From: Dehalococcoidia bacterium | GTDB taxonomy: Bacteria > Chloroflexota > Dehalococcoidia > UBA2979 | Assembly (NCBI GenBank): GCA_028279505.1 | Contig: JANQNP010000067.1 | Coordinates: forward strand, 9-64,008 | Length of the DNA stretch: 64,000 nt | Direction: 5' to 3' | Shown here: positions 9,546 through 18,628 of the stretch, one piece after another | How positions within the stretch are numbered: the stretch's first letter is position 1 | Layout of the letters: each line of letters begins with the position of its first letter | Position numbers and translations under genes: made by a program | The notes under the pieces: model-generated | What the model saw: the letters and a program-made list of their open reading frames with translations, nothing else | The model's database searches: none | What the model was told of the DNA's origin: nothing

Positions 9546-9851
9546 ATGAACGTTTTCGCGGCGCTCGCCGATCCAACTCGCGCCGAGATCGTGGACCGGC
9601 TCGCCGGTGGGCCGCTGACAGCCACCGAGGTCGTCGACCAGTTCGAGATCTCGCAACCGGCAATCTCGCGGCACCTGCGCGTCCTGCGAGAGGCCGGCCT
9701 CGTCACGGTCCAGCCGGCCGGACGCCAGCGCATCTACCACCTCGACCCGGCGCCGCTGCGCGACATCGACGGCTGGCTCGACCGCTACCGCCGCTTCTGG
9801 AGCGGACGCCTCGACGCCCTCGAGGACTTCATGGATCAGGAACCAGCATGA
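9546..9851 (+). CDS. ArsR/SmtB family transcriptional regulator
   Basis: FAALADPTRAEIV, ISQPAISRHLRVLREAGLV. Confidence 0.93.
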   Translation: MNVFAALADPTRAEIVDRLAGGPLTATEVVDQFEISQPAISRHLRVLREAGLVTVQPAGRQRIYHLDPAPLRDIDGWLDRYRRFWSGRLDALEDFMDQEPA

Positions 9852-10372
9852 CGACCTTCCCGAATCTCGACCCCGCGGTCCTCGGCGAGATCAGCCGCGG
9901 CTACAACATCCACTACGAGCGCCGCTCCAAGCACCCGCCCGCCCGCGTCTGGCGCGCGATCACCACGCCCGAGGAAATCGAACGCTGGGTCACGTTCCCG
10001 GCCCGCGTCGACCTTCGCATCGGCGGCGACTACTTCATCGACTTCCAGGGCAACTCGCCCGACAACATCGACGGCGTGATCGTCAGACTCGAGGCCGAGC
10101 GACGCCTCGCCTTCGTCTGGGGCCTCTCCGTCCTCGAGTGGACGATCGAACCCGCCGAGGGCGGCGGGAGCCGTTACACCTTCATCCACCACGGCATGCC
10201 CGTGCGCGGTCGCCCGGACGAGGAAGGCGTCGCCGCCGGGTGGCACACCTCCCTCGACCGCTTCGACCTGCTGCTGGAGGACGAACCGATCCCGACGTTC
10301 GACGACGCCGGGTGGCGCACGTTGTCAGCCGAGTACCGCGCCCGCATCGAGGCAGCGATCGGCGCCGTCTAG
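9848..10372 (+). CDS. SRPBCC/AHSA1 domain protein
   Basis: VWRAITTPEEIERW, DLRIGG, AAGWHTSLD; ATGA overlap with ArsR. Confidence 0.88.
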   Translation: MTTFPNLDPAVLGEISRGYNIHYERRSKHPPARVWRAITTPEEIERWVTFPARVDLRIGGDYFIDFQGNSPDNIDGVIVRLEAERRLAFVWGLSVLEWTIEPAEGGGSRYTFIHHGMPVRGRPDEEGVAAGWHTSLDRFDLLLEDEPIPTFDDAGWRTLSAEYRARIEAAIGAV

Positions 10373-10450
10373 CCGCGTACCGGCCGCGCTCGCCCAACGC
10401 CTACAATCAGCGCCCACCTTCCGAGGGCTGCGCGGATTCGAGGCGAACCG

Positions 10451-10996
10451 ATGGCGACACAGGCACAGGTCCAAGAGTTGATCGCAAAGATGTCCGAGGA
10501 GCGCGCCGCCCTGCTCGAGGCCGTCGCGAACGTCGAGGAAGCCGAGGCCGACGTCCGGCCGCCCGAGGGCGAGGGCGAAGCCGGCTGGTCCGTGAAGGAG
10601 CAGCTCTCCCACCTCGCCGAGATGGAGACCTCCTACCGCGCCTGGGTGGAGCGCGCCCTCGTCGAGGACCGGCCCGACGTCACCGAGGGCACCACCTCCG
10701 ACCCCGTCGCCGTGCCGCACGACGAGGCCCACTCCGCCGACCTCGCCACCCACCTCGCCGAACTCGCGAAGCAGCGCGAACGAACGCTCGAGGTGATCGC
10801 CACCATCCCCCTCGACGGCTACGAGCGCACCGCCTCCACCCGCATCTTCGGCGAGCTGACCGTGCTTCAATGGCTGCGGTCCTACTACCGGCACGACCGC
10901 ATGCATGCCGCGCAGATCCAGGGCCGCCAGTCCGACTACGTCCCGCGCTGGGCCGAGGGTCAGGGCGAACCGCAACGCGCCACCAAGATCGACTGA
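10451..10996 (+). CDS. DinB family protein
   Basis: WSVKEQLSHL and HDRMH metal-binding His pattern. Confidence 0.88.
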   Translation: MATQAQVQELIAKMSEERAALLEAVANVEEAEADVRPPEGEGEAGWSVKEQLSHLAEMETSYRAWVERALVEDRPDVTEGTTSDPVAVPHDEAHSADLATHLAELAKQRERTLEVIATIPLDGYERTASTRIFGELTVLQWLRSYYRHDRMHAAQIQGRQSDYVPRWAEGQGEPQRATKID

Positions 10997-11016
10997 TCGA
11001 GCGAGTCGAGGACACG

Positions 11017-11337
11017 ATGCTCAAGACCACCGCCGACACATTCCCCGACCGCGAAATCGAAGAGACGATCGGCCTTGTGATCGCCAACGCGGTCCGCGCC
11101 CGCAACATCGGCCGCGACATCACCGCCGGCCTGCGGAACCTCGTCGGCGGCGAGATCGGCGCCTACCAGCAGCTCCTCGTCGAATCGCGGGCGGAGGCGC
11201 TCAGCCGCCTTGAGGAACAGGCAGCCGAACAAGGCGCCGACGCGATCGTCGCCCTCCGCGTCTCCACCGCCAGCGTCATGTCCGGGGCTGCCGAGGTGCT
11301 CGTCTACGGCACCGCCGTCAAGCTGCGGGCGCAGTAA
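11017..11337 (+). CDS. YbjQ/UPF0145 family protein
   Basis: RNIGRDITAGLRNLVGGEI, GADAIVALR, VYGTAVK; SD GAGG. Confidence 0.92.
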   Translation: MLKTTADTFPDREIEETIGLVIANAVRARNIGRDITAGLRNLVGGEIGAYQQLLVESRAEALSRLEEQAAEQGADAIVALRVSTASVMSGAAEVLVYGTAVKLRAQ

Positions 11338-11340
11338 CCG

Positions 11341-12525
11341 ATGACCAAGGAACCGCCCACCGGCTCGCTCCCCGGCGCCCTCGACGGCGTCCGCGTCATC
11401 AACGCTGGCCAGATCATCGCCGGCCCCTTCACTGCCACGCTCCTCGCCGAGTTCGGCGCAGACGTGATCAAGGTCGAGTCACCCGAGAACCCGGCCGTCC
11501 GCACCGTCCAGTTCGCACAGGACCACCGCGGCCAGCGCGGCGTCACGATCAACCTCCGCCATCCCGAGGGCAAGGCGCTCTTCCAGAAGCTCGCCTCCAC
11601 CGCCGACATCCTCGTCGAGAACTTCCGCCCGGGCGCCCTCGAACGGCTCGGCCTCTCGCCGGACGAGCTCCGCGACGAGAACCCCGGCCTGATCGCCATC
11701 CGCATCTCCGGCTACGGTCAGACCGGTCCCTACCGCGATCGCACCGGCTTCGACCGCGTCGCCCTCGGCTTCTCCGGCATGACCTACGTGACCGGCGACG
11801 AGGATCGCCCACCCGTCCGCCCCGGCTACTTCGTCGCCGACTACGGCACCGGCATCTTCGCCGCCTACGGCGCCGTCCTCGCGCTCCGCGCCCGCGAGAC
11901 CACCGGCCGAGGACAGGACATCGACCTCGGACTCTTCGAAGCGCCATGGAGGATGTCCGGCACCCACCTCCCGAACTACGGCCTCAGCGGAGAGAATCGC
12001 GAGCGCGCCGGCAACTACTACCCCGGCGTCGTCCCTGCCGAGCAGTTCGAGACGAGCGACGGCCACCACCTGATCATCAACGCCACCACCCAGCGCCCCT
12101 TCGAGCGCCTCTGCGAGGCGATGGGCCAGCCCGAGCTGATCACCGACCCCCGCTTCACCCCGCGCGAGGCGCTCGTCGCGAACGCCCACGCGATCCACGA
12201 CATCATCCGCCCCTGGGTCGCCAAACGAACCCTCGAGGAGAACCTCAAGATCCTCGACGAGGCCGCGGTCCCCTGTACCAAGGTCTACGCCACCAGCGAC
12301 ATCGTCGCCGACCCCCACTACGAGGCCCGCGACCAGGTCCTCACCGTCGACTCGCCGATGGGCGAGCAGCTCCTCCAGCCCGGCATCGTCCCGCGCCTCA
12401 CCGAGACCCCCGGCGGCATCCCCCGCCGCGCCCCCAAGCCGGGCGAGCACAACGCCGAGGTCTTCACGGAACTCGGCTGCTCACCCGAGGACATCGAGGC
12501 CCTCCGCACCGCCGGCGCGATCTAG
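11341..12525 (+). CDS. CaiB/BaiF family III CoA-transferase
   Basis: IAGPF, GADVIKVE, ENFRPG, ISGYGQTGP. Confidence 0.95.
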   Translation: MTKEPPTGSLPGALDGVRVINAGQIIAGPFTATLLAEFGADVIKVESPENPAVRTVQFAQDHRGQRGVTINLRHPEGKALFQKLASTADILVENFRPGALERLGLSPDELRDENPGLIAIRISGYGQTGPYRDRTGFDRVALGFSGMTYVTGDEDRPPVRPGYFVADYGTGIFAAYGAVLALRARETTGRGQDIDLGLFEAPWRMSGTHLPNYGLSGENRERAGNYYPGVVPAEQFETSDGHHLIINATTQRPFERLCEAMGQPELITDPRFTPREALVANAHAIHDIIRPWVAKRTLEENLKILDEAAVPCTKVYATSDIVADPHYEARDQVLTVDSPMGEQLLQPGIVPRLTETPGGIPRRAPKPGEHNAEVFTELGCSPEDIEALRTAGAI

Positions 12526-12624
12526 CCCGCCCCGTCGGGCAATCCCTACTGCTGGCACCTCTTCGAAGCGTCGACCATCACTCGGATCACTGCGCCCGTG
12601 GGGCGCCGGACCGAGGTGCCCTCG

Positions 12625-14001
12625 ATGCTCGGCTCACGCCACCACTCGTTCGAGACACTCGCGATCGCACTCGTCGCGCTGATCGCGCTCGCCGCATGCT
12701 CGCCCTCCAACTCCGCCGACGACGGCACCTTCTCACCCACCATCGCGGGCGACGCCCCTGCTGGCCTCGAAGTCTCGATCCCCCTCAACGCCCTCCCCGA
12801 TGGCGTCGCCCCCGAGGACATCGAGATCACCTCGCTGCCAATCGAGACGTCCGAGGAGCGCGAGACGACCAGCGCGGGGCCGCCGGAGTTCGCGCTGAGC
12901 TTCTCGCCGGATGGCCTCAAGCTGGACGAGCCGATCACGGTCTCGGTGCCCGTGGACATCAATCAGCCCGCGGCGTTGCTGGCGCTCCACCAGTCAGGCG
13001 ACAGCTTCGAGTCTCCGGAGATCACGGTGGTCGAGTCCGACGGCGGCTTCAGCGCGCAGATGACGATCGAGCACTTCAGCACGCTGGTGTTCATCTCGCC
13101 CGGCAGCCTCTCGCTGATGACCGCGTTCGAGAACAGCGCGGAGGCGTCTGTAACTCCAAGGGCCGCTCAGGCGCTGGTCGGAGACGAGCTCCTGGTCGAC
13201 CTGAACGTGACCGCACCGAGCGCCGAACCTGTCACGACCCGCGGCTGGTTCTACGTCTTCGATCTCGAGCCGCGACCGGACCACCCTGAGACGGCGGCTC
13301 CCCCCGGGGCCCAGATCGGCACGACGCACGACCAACCGGTCGTAGTGGAGGTCCTGGTCCCCGCCGGTCGGCGCCACACGCTCCTGTTCCTCGAGCTGAA
13401 GGCGAGCGGACCGGTCTCACCGGAGCGCGACACCGTGAGTCGCCGTATATCGCTCGCGTCGAGCGAGACCTGGACGCCGGAAGACCCGGTCGTCTTCACG
13501 TGCGAAGACCTCGGTGAGGTCGCGTTCGAGTTCAGTGCGCTCGGTCGGGTGAGCGCGCTCGCGACTGTCACCTCGGCCGCCGACAGTCGCGTCGAGGGGC
13601 TCGATGCCAACATCCTGGTCCTCTACTCGGTCCGGCGCGATGCTTCTGGGCCCGACGCGGAGTGCGTCACCAGCATCGCGACCCCAGCGCCGACCCCGAC
13701 GCCGGTGAGCGCGCCCACGGTCACGCTGACGGCGTTGTTCATCGGCAACGCGCACTACCCGGTCGAGCAGTTCTATACCGCGCTCCCGTTGGACGACGCG
13801 TGCGACTTCACTCACTGGCACGCAGCCGGCCCGGTCTTCTCCATCGAGGGTACGCGCGACGATCCGACCGGTGGCACGTCGATCGAGGACGAGGACCCGG
13901 ATGGCTGTGGGTTCGGCACGGTCACGGCTGTGCCATCGTTCGAGATCGACGTCCTCGAAACCGAGTTCAGGAACTACCGCGACATCATGGCCGGCTCGTA
14001 G
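12625..14001 (+). CDS. Multi-domain lipoprotein of unknown function (ZU5-like N-terminus, Cys-containing C-terminal domain)
   Basis: Lipobox LAAC; PDGLKLDEPITV...EHFS; PT linker; C-terminal ACDFTHWH...DPDGCGFG. Confidence 0.75.
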   Translation: MLGSRHHSFETLAIALVALIALAACSPSNSADDGTFSPTIAGDAPAGLEVSIPLNALPDGVAPEDIEITSLPIETSEERETTSAGPPEFALSFSPDGLKLDEPITVSVPVDINQPAALLALHQSGDSFESPEITVVESDGGFSAQMTIEHFSTLVFISPGSLSLMTAFENSAEASVTPRAAQALVGDELLVDLNVTAPSAEPVTTRGWFYVFDLEPRPDHPETAAPPGAQIGTTHDQPVVVEVLVPAGRRHTLLFLELKASGPVSPERDTVSRRISLASSETWTPEDPVVFTCEDLGEVAFEFSALGRVSALATVTSAADSRVEGLDANILVLYSVRRDASGPDAECVTSIATPAPTPTPVSAPTVTLTALFIGNAHYPVEQFYTALPLDDACDFTHWHAAGPVFSIEGTRDDPTGGTSIEDEDPDGCGFGTVTAVPSFEIDVLETEFRNYRDIMAGS

Positions 14002-14085
14002 CCAGGCGCACGCTCCGGGCTTGACCCGCCCTCCCCGGGTCTCCAGCATGACCGCGCAGCCGCGCGTCATTCCTGGAGGCCACCG

Positions 14086-15228
14086 ATGGCATCCCTCTCC
14101 AACCGCATCACCGACATGCTGGACATCGAGTACCCGATCATCCTCGCGGGGATGTCGCCCGTCGCCGAATGGGAGATCGCGGCCGCGGTTTCCGAGGCAG
14201 GCGGGTTGGGCGTCCTCGGCGCCGCCGGCATGACCCCCGACGAGATCTCCGAGAGCGTCCGCAAGATCCGCGACTACACCAGCAAGCCCTTCGGCGTCGA
14301 CATCCTGCTGCCCAACGCCACCGCATCGCTCGCCGACCTCGCGCGTGAGTCGCGCGACGGCGGCGACCCAAACGCGAAGCCGGAGCTGCCGCAGGAGTAC
14401 GTCCAGTTCCAGCAGCGCGTCTACGAGGCGTTCGACCTCGCGGACCCTGGCCCGGCCGACCCGCCCAAGGACGAGGCCTGGCAACGCCTGAGCACCGCCG
14501 AGCGCCAGAACGCCCAAGTGCAGCAGATCATCGATGACGACGTCCCAGTCTTCGCCAGCGGCCTCGGCAATCCGGCGCAGTACGTCGACGCCTTCCACAA
14601 CAACGGCACCAAGGTGATCGGCCTCGTCGGCAATGTGAAAAACGCCCGCCGCATCCGCGACGGCGGCGCCGACGTCGTCGTCGCGCAGGGCACCGAGGCC
14701 GGCGGCCACACCGGCCGCATCGGCACCATGGCCCTCGTCCCCCAGGTCGTCGACGCCGTCTCGCCCCTCCCGGTCGTCGCCGCCGGCGGCATCGCCGACG
14801 GCCGAGGGCTCGCCGCCGCCCTCGCTCTCGGCGCCGAAGGCGTCTGGTGCGGCACCGTCTTCCTCGCGACGAAGGAGGCCCACCTCGATCAGGAGCTCAA
14901 GGAGCGCGTAATCGACGCCGTCGACGAGGACACGATCATCACGCGCCTCTACAGCGGAAAGACGATGCGCAACATCAAGAACCCGCTGATCGACCTCTGG
15001 GAGCAGAGCGACATGCACGCCCTCCCGATGGGCGCGCAGGGCGCCGTCGCCGAGCCGACCCAACGCGCCGCCCGCAAGGCCGGCCGGATCGACCTGATCC
15101 GCAACGCCGGCGGACAGGCCGCCGGCCTCGTCACCGAGCAGCTGAGCGCCCAGGACGTGGTCAAGGCCATGGCCGCCCAGGCCGAGGAGGTGCTCGATCG
15201 CATCCCCTCCGGCGCCCTGACCAGCTAG
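14086..15228 (+). CDS. Nitronate monooxygenase/FabK family FMN oxidoreductase
   Basis: AAAVSEAGGLG, QGTEAGGH, AAGGIADGRG. Confidence 0.93.
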   Translation: MASLSNRITDMLDIEYPIILAGMSPVAEWEIAAAVSEAGGLGVLGAAGMTPDEISESVRKIRDYTSKPFGVDILLPNATASLADLARESRDGGDPNAKPELPQEYVQFQQRVYEAFDLADPGPADPPKDEAWQRLSTAERQNAQVQQIIDDDVPVFASGLGNPAQYVDAFHNNGTKVIGLVGNVKNARRIRDGGADVVVAQGTEAGGHTGRIGTMALVPQVVDAVSPLPVVAAGGIADGRGLAAALALGAEGVWCGTVFLATKEAHLDQELKERVIDAVDEDTIITRLYSGKTMRNIKNPLIDLWEQSDMHALPMGAQGAVAEPTQRAARKAGRIDLIRNAGGQAAGLVTEQLSAQDVVKAMAAQAEEVLDRIPSGALTS

Positions 15229-15263
15229 CATCGAGGCAAGATCGACACTATCGAGGAGCCCAC

Positions 15264-16118
15264 ATGACGACCGAGACCGCGCCGGCCGAAGCGGCCACGC
15301 CTACATCGACACTCACCACCGTTGACACCGGGACCGACCAGCTCCTCGCCGAGCGCGACGGCGCGGTGCTGATCCTGACGTTCAACCGCCCCGACCGCAT
15401 GAACGCGATCAGCACCGAGATGCTCGGCGCACTCAGCCGGACGCTCGTCGCCGCGAACAAGGACCCCGAGGTCCGCGCCGTCATCCTCACCGGCAACGGC
15501 CGCGGCTTCTGTGCCGGTCTCGACCTCGTCGACAGTGGCCCCGGCGCCCGCGAGGCCGCCGGCAAGCAGGTCCAGACCCTCTTCGACCTCCACGACTCGC
15601 CGCCCACGGTCCTCTGGAACATGGACAAGCCGGTCATCTGCGCGCTCAATGGCGCAGCCGCCGGCTACGGGATGGACCTCGCGCTCCTCTGCGACATCCG
15701 CATCGCCGGTGAGAGCGGCCGCATGGCCGCCGTCACCGCGAAGCGCAACCTGCTCCCGGAGAGCGGCGGCACCTGGCTGCTGCCCCGCCTGATCGGCTGG
15801 GGCAAGTCCGCCGAGCTGTTCTTCCGCGGCCGCGTCGTCGGCGCCGAGGAGTGCAAGGAGCTCGGCATCGTCAACGAAGTCGTCCCGGACGAAGACCTCC
15901 TCGACACCGCCCGCCAGTGGGCGCAGGAGATCGCCGTCAACGCGCCGATGGCCGTGCAGGCCACCAAGCGCATGATGCGCCAGGGCATGAACGAGACCTA
16001 CGAGACCACGGTCGACCACCTGCTGGTTCACCTCCGCGTCCTCTTCGGCATGGACGACTTCAAGGAGGGCGTCAGCGCCTTCATGGAGCGCCGCGATCCG
16101 GAGTTCACCGGCCGCTAG
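15264..16118 (+). CDS. Enoyl-CoA hydratase/isomerase
   Basis: NRPDRMNA, FCAGLDL, NGAAAGYG, LPRLIG; SD GAGGAG. Confidence 0.95.
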   Translation: MTTETAPAEAATPTSTLTTVDTGTDQLLAERDGAVLILTFNRPDRMNAISTEMLGALSRTLVAANKDPEVRAVILTGNGRGFCAGLDLVDSGPGAREAAGKQVQTLFDLHDSPPTVLWNMDKPVICALNGAAAGYGMDLALLCDIRIAGESGRMAAVTAKRNLLPESGGTWLLPRLIGWGKSAELFFRGRVVGAEECKELGIVNEVVPDEDLLDTARQWAQEIAVNAPMAVQATKRMMRQGMNETYETTVDHLLVHLRVLFGMDDFKEGVSAFMERRDPEFTGR

Positions 16119-16142
16119 CACAACCCGCAGCGCGAGACCGGC

Positions 16143-16170
16143 AAGGCCGCGTCCGCAGGGCGCGGCCTTT
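16143..16170 (+). terminator. Probable intrinsic terminator
   Basis: AAGGCCGCGTCC-GCA-GGGCGCGGCCTTT followed by CT, after the crotonase stop. Confidence 0.6.
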
Positions 16171-16281
16171 CTGCTAGGCAAGCCCGGGCAACGGGGATCA
16201 CTGAGGGTACGGTTATGTCGATGCTCACATTGGTCCGTTCGGCCGCCGAGCGATCGCAGAGGACGTGAGTCGAAACTGGCG

Positions 16282-17394
16282 ATGACCAACCCGATCCACG
16301 CCGTCGTCCTGGACGCGAACCAGTCATGGGTGGAGTCGCTGTTCGTCGCGATGTCCCGGACGGCCCGCGTCCAGCTGCTCCGAGTCGAGAGCCCGCCCGA
16401 GGTACTGAAACGACTGAGCGGGCGCGCCCGCCCCGCTCCGCGCGGCCTCGAGACCCGGTCCATCGCCGTCCCCGGCCTTCGCCGCTTCACCTCGCTCTCA
16501 CAACGCCGGGTGAGCCAGGCGCTTCGCCGAGTCGCGAACACCGCCCCGATCGATCTGCTGGTCTGCACCAGCCCGTGGCACGCCCCGGCTATCGAGGAGA
16601 CGCTCGCGGCGCTCAAGATCTACTACGCCACCGATCCCTTCCAGTACTTCGCCTGGCCACGCGAACGAACGCGCGACCTCGAGGATCGCGCGCTCGCGGC
16701 CAGCGACCTCGTAGTCGCCACCTCGGTCCAGCTCGCCGACGACCTCCGAGGGCGCGTCGATGTCCCCGTCGAGCACCTGCCGAACGCCGTGTCGCAGTCG
16801 TTCCTCGACGCGCTCGACCGCTCGCTCCCCCGCCCGACCGAGCTGGCCAGCGTCAAAGGCCCGATCATCGGCGTGATCGGCCAGATCAACGACTCCTACG
16901 ACTGGGACCTCGTCGACGCGCTCAGCCGCGACCTGCCCGACGTCACTACCGTCTTTGTTGGCCCGGTGATGCGAAGCGAGACCGCAAGCGATCGGTTCGA
17001 GCAGCTCGCGACCCGACCGAACGTGCTCTGGGTCGGCCCGCAGCCGCACGCCTCCCTGCCGCGGTACCTCGCGGCCTTCGACGTCTGCCTCAACCCACTG
17101 AGGAAGGACCCGCGAAACGACCGCCGCAGCCCACTCCGTCTCTTCGACTACTGCGCCACCCGCGCCCCGATCGCCTCCACCCCGATCCGCGAAGCCGAGA
17201 CGTTCGGCGACCAGCTCACCGTGATCGAAGCTCCCGAGGACGCCGCACCCGTGGTCCGCGCGCTCCTCGACGCCCCCGCGATCGACGTCGCCGCGCGGCA
17301 AGCGTGGGCGCAACGCAACACCTGGGAGGCCCGCGCCGACGCCTGGCTGCGACTCGTCGAGGAGCGGCTCGGCCGCAGCGACCCCACGCCCTAG
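16282..17394 (+). CDS. GT-B glycosyltransferase (GT4, TuaH-like)
   Basis: SDLVVATS, LPNAV, YLAAFDVCLNP, SPLRLFDY, NTWEAR. Confidence 0.88.
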   Translation: MTNPIHAVVLDANQSWVESLFVAMSRTARVQLLRVESPPEVLKRLSGRARPAPRGLETRSIAVPGLRRFTSLSQRRVSQALRRVANTAPIDLLVCTSPWHAPAIEETLAALKIYYATDPFQYFAWPRERTRDLEDRALAASDLVVATSVQLADDLRGRVDVPVEHLPNAVSQSFLDALDRSLPRPTELASVKGPIIGVIGQINDSYDWDLVDALSRDLPDVTTVFVGPVMRSETASDRFEQLATRPNVLWVGPQPHASLPRYLAAFDVCLNPLRKDPRNDRRSPLRLFDYCATRAPIASTPIREAETFGDQLTVIEAPEDAAPVVRALLDAPAIDVAARQAWAQRNTWEARADAWLRLVEERLGRSDPTP

Positions 17395-17400
17395 GGCGTG

Positions 17401-18579
17401 CTACGAGATCCAGTCAAAGCGCCGTCCGAGGCGCCCCACGACCCGCTCCGGCAGCGGCCGCTTGCGCCACGGCACCTCGGTCGCTGGCTCCCCGAGGAGA
17501 TCCCGCCCAAAGTCGCCGGCCGGATCGCGCCAGACCGAATGCACGTGGTTCGCGTGATCTTGGGTGTTGTTGTTCTCAATCAGCAGCCGCTCACCCCGGA
17601 TCCGAAAGTACGTCGCGCCCGCCGAATCCACCGGGCCGGCCCACGCGAACGACGGCGGCTCGCTGGCCGCGATCATCGTGCGATAGCCCGTCGCGACCTC
17701 CTCGGGGACCAAACCGGTGTAGTAGTCGACGATCCGCTGCAATCGATCAAGCGGCGCACCCGACAACTCGGCGCCGGCGACCCCATCCGGCTTGGCCGGC
17801 AACCGCAGCGCTTGATCGCCCTCGGCGCTCGCGCCCAGCTCCGCCCGCAGCTCGTCGCGCCATCGCACCCAGTCCGGCGTCAGCACGCCCCCGATCATCT
17901 CCGACGCCGTCCGAGGTTCATCACCCGGCGCCGCCACCGCGCGATTCGACGTCACGATGTCCGTCGGCGGCGCCGGCGCGATGATCGCCCGCGCCCGCTG
18001 TTCCGGCGACAACCCCTCGAGGAGTTCGACCGCCAGCGCGATCGGGAGCAGCGGCGCCGTCAGCACATCGTCGTTCGGCAGCGCCGGGCGCGCCGGGTGC
18101 AACCCGATGAACAGCGGCGTGCAGCTCACGAGGTCGCCCGACACCGTGTACCGCACCGACAGGTGATGACCCTCGAAGCGCCACCCCCACACGTCGGCCG
18201 TCGGGTCGCCAAAGATCGCGACCGCGTACCGCAGCGGGTCGCGCCCGCCAAGCCGCCGGCGACGCTGCCGCCACGACTCGTGCCGGTCGAGGAGATTCTC
18301 CAGCGCCATCGAGTGATTCGCGAGCGTGAACCCGCCCTCGGAAAGCCCGCTCGCGAGCAGCTGCAGCGCGAGCTGCTGCTGGCGCGGTCGCATCTGGTTC
18401 AGCGCGAGTCCGCGGCGCGGATTCGGCGTGTAGAACCAGCGCGCGCGCTCCTCGCGATCGGCGATGTCCACCGTCGCGCGGCGCCGCGAGATCCGCCCCA
18501 GGCTCTCCAGGAACGCGTGCGCCCGTGCCCGCATCGCCCGCACCGTCGGAGGCGCGCTGATTCCAGTCGTGGTCATCAC
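17401..18579 (-). CDS. DUF3500 domain protein
   Basis: WFYTP, IFGDP, WGWRFEGHHLS, NHVHSVWRDP. Confidence 0.9.
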   Translation of the reverse strand: MMTTTGISAPPTVRAMRARAHAFLESLGRISRRRATVDIADREERARWFYTPNPRRGLALNQMRPRQQQLALQLLASGLSEGGFTLANHSMALENLLDRHESWRQRRRRLGGRDPLRYAVAIFGDPTADVWGWRFEGHHLSVRYTVSGDLVSCTPLFIGLHPARPALPNDDVLTAPLLPIALAVELLEGLSPEQRARAIIAPAPPTDIVTSNRAVAAPGDEPRTASEMIGGVLTPDWVRWRDELRAELGASAEGDQALRLPAKPDGVAGAELSGAPLDRLQRIVDYYTGLVPEEVATGYRTMIAASEPPSFAWAGPVDSAGATYFRIRGERLLIENNNTQDHANHVHSVWRDPAGDFGRDLLGEPATEVPWRKRPLPERVVGRLGRRFDWIS

Positions 18580-18628
18580 GGCCGCCCCGCGAGGTAGCTG
18601 TCAGCACCCGTTCGCTAGATTGGCCTCC

